Of a DNA stretch of 43,733 nt, positions 39,449 to 43,733 are shown piece after piece. The position numbers and the translations under genes were made by a program. The stretch is from Bacteroidales bacterium (GTDB lineage Bacteria > Bacteroidota > Bacteroidia > Bacteroidales > UBA4181). The notes under the pieces were generated by a model. The model did no database searches. It saw only the letters and a program-made list of their open reading frames with translations, and was not told the DNA's origin. The stretch lies in contig JAVBPN010000147.1 of the NCBI GenBank assembly GCA_031549585.1, positions 1-43,733 on the forward strand, written 5' to 3'. Positions within the stretch are counted from its first letter, which is position 1, and every line of letters starts with the position of its first letter.

Positions 39449-40063
39449 ATGGTCAAGCAACGGATTATTGAAGAATCATCGGCATTATTTATTAAATCGG
39501 GTATCAAAAGTACCACGATGGATGATATTGCTAAGCATATGGGTATGTCAAAGCGGACTATTTATGAACATTTTAGAGATAAAGAAGCCTTATTGGCAGC
39601 ATGTATTGACGATTTTTACAAAAAAAACAGGGCTTTTGCCGAAAAAGTACTTGATGAATCGAATAACATCATCGAAGCTGTGGTCACTTTGCTAAAAAAA
39701 GGTTCGGAACAAGCGCAACAACAGCAGTACATTGTCATAAATGATGTGCGTAAGTATTATCCTATGATATATAAGGACCTTTTGCTATGTCGCCAAGCCG
39801 ATGGTCAAAAAGAGATGATTGGTTTAGTATTACGGGGAATGAGAGAAGGAGTTTTTCGTGAGGATTTGAATCCTGAAATCATAGCACACGTGTTTGCAAG
39901 GCAAGCAGAAGGTATTGCTTCGAGAGAACAAGAACTGGATAAATTTTCCGCCACCGAAGTGTTCGAAAATATGGTGATTAGCTTTATGCGAGGATTGTGT
40001 ACTCTTCAAGGAATTGAAATCCTTGATCACTTGACGTCAAAAGATGATTTTATCAATAAATAA
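39449..40063 (+). CDS. TetR/AcrR family transcriptional regulator
   Basis: GIKSTTMDDIAKHMGMSKRTIYEHFRDKE HTH; ATG 39449 preferred because the TTG at 39425 is part of the promoter box. Confidence 0.95.
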   Translation: MVKQRIIEESSALFIKSGIKSTTMDDIAKHMGMSKRTIYEHFRDKEALLAACIDDFYKKNRAFAEKVLDESNNIIEAVVTLLKKGSEQAQQQQYIVINDVRKYYPMIYKDLLLCRQADGQKEMIGLVLRGMREGVFREDLNPEIIAHVFARQAEGIASREQELDKFSATEVFENMVISFMRGLCTLQGIEILDHLTSKDDFINK

Positions 40064-40210
40064 GAATATACAAATAATAAAATGATTGTACAATTCAAAA
40101 ATACCCTTTACATGGAATTTGGTGACAAACCCCTGGGTTTTATTTCGTAAAGCAAGGCTTTCTTTTTTGGATTTTATTTTCATCATTAATCAGTAAATAA
40201 TTTTTTACCA

Positions 40211-41515
40211 ATGAATATACAGTTTAGACAATTGATTTGGTGCATCATACTGTTCGTTATGTCGATGCCCGGACAAGCGCAAAATTCTCAACAACAGCAG
40301 GATACAATGCGTTTTACGCTGAGAGAAGCCCAAGACTACGCTCTGCAATATAACAAGACCATTTGGAATGCAGGATTATCAGTATCCGAAGCGCAAAAAA
40401 TGGTGTGGGAAGCCATATCGTCTGGGTTGCCGCAGGTAAATGCAACACTTGACTATCAAAACATGATGGGTTTTAAGATGTCATTATTTGGACAATCAAT
40501 CCCTTTGGAATCAACCAGTACATTCCAAACATCTGTTACCCAATTACTTTTTAATGGAAGTTATTGGGTTGGCATCAGAATGGCGAAGATTGGCGAACAA
40601 ATGACAGAAACGGCAAGATTGCAAAGCGAATTAGATATACGTGAACAAACGCAAACAGCTTATCTGAGCGTGTTGGTGGCTTTAGAAAACAAAAAGATTT
40701 TAGACCAAAACCTTCGAAATATGGAAGTCCTTGCCAAGAGCACGGCTGATATGGTTCGGGTGGGCGTTGCCGAGCAAACCGATGCCGATCAATTAGCCGT
40801 ACAAGTGGCATCCATACAAAATGGCATCAAGACGGTAGAAAGACATATAGAGTTAGCGTATAATCTTTTACGATTCCATTTAGGCCTTGATATGAGTACA
40901 GGTATTGTATTGACTGAAGGGTTGGACAACTTGATGAGCGAAGATGAAGCGCAAAAGGCTTTGGCTACGGATTTTGATCTGGATGCCAACTATAATGTAC
41001 AGTTATTAGATCAACAAGTCGAACTTGCCAAACGTCAGATTAATTTGGAACAAGCAGCAAGCCTCCCTTCCATTGTAGCAGTCTATAATTATACATATAA
41101 ACTGAAAAAGTCATCTTTTGATATGACGCCAGCTAATGTTATTATGATGCAGGCTTCCATTCCAATCTTTGCATCTGGCCAGCGTTATGTGAGAACGCAA
41201 CAGGCAAAAATCAGGTTGGAAACAGCGCAAAATAACCGTTCCCTTCTGACAGATCAATTGTTAATGCAGGAAAAGCAATTGCGTTTCAACTTGAACAATG
41301 CTGTTGAATCATACATTTTGCAGCGTCAAGCGCTTGAAGTATCGCAACGCGTGCTCGAAAGCATCACCCGCAAATATCAACAAGGAGTGGCTTCAAGCCT
41401 CGATGTTACTACGGCCAATACCAGCCTTTTGCAAGCGCAAACCAATTATATATCAGCCATTATGGAGGTAGTAACAGCGCAAACCAATCTCGAAAAATTA
41501 TTGAATACCTTATAG
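40211..41515 (+). CDS. TolC family outer-membrane efflux protein
   Basis: Signal peptide, FTLREAQDYALQYN, LPQVNA, SIPIFASG, KYQQGVAS; in an operon with MFP and RND genes. Confidence 0.93.
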   Translation: MNIQFRQLIWCIILFVMSMPGQAQNSQQQQDTMRFTLREAQDYALQYNKTIWNAGLSVSEAQKMVWEAISSGLPQVNATLDYQNMMGFKMSLFGQSIPLESTSTFQTSVTQLLFNGSYWVGIRMAKIGEQMTETARLQSELDIREQTQTAYLSVLVALENKKILDQNLRNMEVLAKSTADMVRVGVAEQTDADQLAVQVASIQNGIKTVERHIELAYNLLRFHLGLDMSTGIVLTEGLDNLMSEDEAQKALATDFDLDANYNVQLLDQQVELAKRQINLEQAASLPSIVAVYNYTYKLKKSSFDMTPANVIMMQASIPIFASGQRYVRTQQAKIRLETAQNNRSLLTDQLLMQEKQLRFNLNNAVESYILQRQALEVSQRVLESITRKYQQGVASSLDVTTANTSLLQAQTNYISAIMEVVTAQTNLEKLLNTL

Positions 41516-41554
41516 ATGTTGCACTTTTAATCAATAGAAAATCAAAATTTTAAA

Positions 41555-42583
41555 ATGAAAAATAATAAAATGAAAACACTTCGCAGTATACTCATTATCC
41601 CCATGGCAGTTCTCTTATATGCCTGTGGTGGCGGTGGCACAGAACAAGTGACTTCGCAAGATTCCATTGTCGCGGTAAAAGTGCAGAAGGTGATTGAACA
41701 ACCTGTTGAACAATTGATTGAGTTGACAGGAACCGTTCAGGCGAACAAAAGCAACGATATTGCGACCACTGTACCCGGCCGTATTGACGATATCCTGGTT
41801 GAAGTGGGCGATCGCGTCCGTAAAGGGCAAACCCTAGTGCAGATGGACCGTACCAATTTGTTGCAAACCAAGTTGCAGTTGCAGAACTACGAAAAGGAAC
41901 TGGGACGTGTCGAAGAGCTTTATAAATCGGGTAGTGCTACCCAGCAGCAACTCGACCAGTTGACCACGCAGGTGGAAGTAACGCGTGAAGCATTGCGAAA
42001 CCTCGAGGAAAACACGACGTTGCTTTCGCCCATCGATGGTGTAGTAACCGCACGCAATTTCGACCCGAAGAACATCTATCCCGGTGCGCCTGCGATATTA
42101 AACGTGATGCAAATTTCACCAGTGAAAATATTGGTAAATATTTCCGAAACCTATTTTCCGCAAGTTAAGCTGGGAATGGTAGTAAGAATCAGGCTGGATG
42201 TATTCCCCGGCAAGGTATTCGAAGGAAAAATATCTTTGATCCATCCCATCATCGAACAGGGAACACGCACCTTTGTGGCCGAAATCAGCATACCCAACAG
42301 TGATATGATGATACGTCCGGGTATGTTTGCCCGTGTAGAATTAAACTTTGGAACCATGAATCGTGTGGTAGTGCCTGATATGGCTGTGATCAAGCAAATG
42401 GGAACCAACAATAAGTTTGTATTTGTGGTAGAAAATGGCGTAGCATACCAGAAGAAAGTAGAACTGGGACGTCGTGACAAGGATACTTACGAGTTGCTTT
42501 CGGGAGTTTCGAATGGTGCATCGGTGGTTGTAGCCGGACAAACAAGATTAATGGATGGTACAAAAGTTACTGTTCAGGAATAA
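41555..42583 (+). CDS. RND efflux periplasmic adaptor (MFP) lipoprotein
   Basis: Lipobox LYAC; GRIDDILVEVGDRVRKGQ, LLSPIDGVV, IRPGMFARV. The start may be 41570. Confidence 0.95.
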   Translation: MKNNKMKTLRSILIIPMAVLLYACGGGGTEQVTSQDSIVAVKVQKVIEQPVEQLIELTGTVQANKSNDIATTVPGRIDDILVEVGDRVRKGQTLVQMDRTNLLQTKLQLQNYEKELGRVEELYKSGSATQQQLDQLTTQVEVTREALRNLEENTTLLSPIDGVVTARNFDPKNIYPGAPAILNVMQISPVKILVNISETYFPQVKLGMVVRIRLDVFPGKVFEGKISLIHPIIEQGTRTFVAEISIPNSDMMIRPGMFARVELNFGTMNRVVVPDMAVIKQMGTNNKFVFVVENGVAYQKKVELGRRDKDTYELLSGVSNGASVVVAGQTRLMDGTKVTVQE

Positions 42584-42660
42584 AGATTCGAATAATAGTA
42601 TGATTTTATCAAATCATTTTGGACGTTCGTTGAACGTTAACCAATCATAATATAAGTAAA

Positions 42661-43733
42661 ATGAAAATATACGAAGCTTCCGTCAAAAACCCTGTAACCA
42701 CTATTCTCATATTTATAGGGATTATCATATTCGGACTTTTCTCTCTGAGTAGGACTTCGATAGACTTGTATCCCGATATAGAGACAAATACTATTATGGT
42801 ATTTACCACGTATGCAGGTGCAAGTGCCGAAGATATTGAAACCAACGTGACCCGTGTCCTGGAAGATGGATTGAATACGGTGAGCGACTTGAAAACCATT
42901 ACGTCCACCTCGCGTGATAACATGTCCATTGTAATCCTCGAATTTACATGGGGAACGAATATTGATGTGGCAACAAATGATGTGCGCGACAAGTTGGATA
43001 TGGTGAAACAAGCACTACCCGACGATGTCGAAAATCCCATTATTTTCAAATTCAGTACCGACATGATCCCGGTAGTGATCATGTCAGCCACTGCCGAAGA
43101 AAGTACAGACGCATTATACAAATTGCTTGACGACCGGGTAGCCAATCCGCTCAACCGTATCAACGGTGTAGGAACAGTGGCTATTGCCGGTGCACCCAAA
43201 CGTGAAGTTCACGTAGACGTAGACCCGCAAAAATTGGATGCGTATAATCTTACGGTAGAACAACTTGGAAATGTTATTGCAGCTGAAAACCTCATTATGC
43301 CAGCCGGTAACTTCGATATCGGTTCCAATACCTATTCATTGCGTGTCGATGGCGAATTCAAAGTCAGCGACGAACTGAAAAGGTTAGTGGTAGGCTCGTT
43401 TAACGGAAGAAATATATACATGTCCGATATAGCCGCTGTTAAAGATACGTTGGAGGAGCGCACCCAGGAGAGCTATACCAATGGTATACGTTCGGCAACC
43501 ATCATCGTCCAGAAACAATCGGGAGCCAATACGGTAGATATAGCCGCAAAAGTGAATGCTGCTTTACCGGCCTTGCAAAAAGACCTGCCTGCAGATGTTC
43601 AACTGCAAATGGTTTTGGATACATCGGAATTCATCACGGACAGTATCAACAGTTTGACCGAAACGGTTGCATTGGCTATGATTTTTGTAATCATCGTTGT
43701 GCTGTTCTTCCTCGGACGATGGAGGGCAACCAT
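42661..43733 (+). CDS. RND efflux permease (AcrB/HAE1-like), 5' part; runs off the window end
   Basis: Not in the ORF track; translated manually: MKIYEASVKNPVTT..IDLYPDIE..YAGASAEDIETNVTRVLE..NDVRDKLD..QKQSGANTV. Confidence 0.95.
   Translation, partial: MKIYEASVKNPVTTILIFIGIIIFGLFSLSRTSIDLYPDIETNTIMVFTTYAGASAEDIETNVTRVLEDGLNTVSDLKTITSTSRDNMSIVILEFTWGTNIDVATNDVRDKLDMVKQALPDDVENPIIFKFSTDMIPVVIMSATAEESTDALYKLLDDRVANPLNRINGVGTVAIAGAPKREVHVDVDPQKLDAYNLTVEQLGNVIAAENLIMPAGNFDIGSNTYSLRVDGEFKVSDELKRLVVGSFNGRNIYMSDIAAVKDTLEERTQESYTNGIRSATIIVQKQSGANTVDIAAKVNAALPALQKDLPADVQLQMVLDTSEFITDSINSLTETVALAMIFVIIVVLFFLGRWRAT

Noticed and set aside
988-43199. Many 60-180 aa ORFs antisense or out of frame within long genes (e.g. 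8131-8526, 19664-20041, 21536-22054, 42645-43199)
   Set aside because: They are shadow ORFs fully overlapping well-supported genes and have no recognisable motifs.

Overview
This is an AT-rich chromosomal window from a Bacteroidota (probably Bacteroidales-type) genome, judged from the SusC/SusD pair and many TAnnTTTG -7 promoter boxes. Genes in order: partial GH29 alpha-L-fucosidase, OsmC-family protein, CBM9-like protein with susD/susC, phosphatidylserine decarboxylase carrying one in-frame TGA, a Lys-rich putative lipoprotein with QHGGGGDMSG repeats, NRAMP (mntH), a TonB receptor plus lipoprotein under 11-bp-phased Pho-box-like repeats, an AlkZ/YcaQ-like glycosylase, secA, an ECF sigma, an orphan degenerate kdpD, a small metal/copper cluster (His-rich protein, DUF3347, multicopper oxidase), GT4, DUF3332, BlaI/M56-TonB, a relic of a pseudo-rSAM gene, a beta-propeller lipoprotein, an ECF sigma/anti-sigma operon, an NtrY-like kinase and tetR-tolC-MFP-RND (partial). 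I found no rRNA, tRNA, CRISPR array or transposase. The most unusual signal is non-coding and nested at three levels. MITE-like shells with shared terminal inverted repeats carry two different palindromic cargos, and four 18-25 nt micro-insertions sit at the same AATT^C(A/C)G site of REP hairpins, all in the same chromosomal orientation. All family assignments come from motif recognition by eye; no searches were run.
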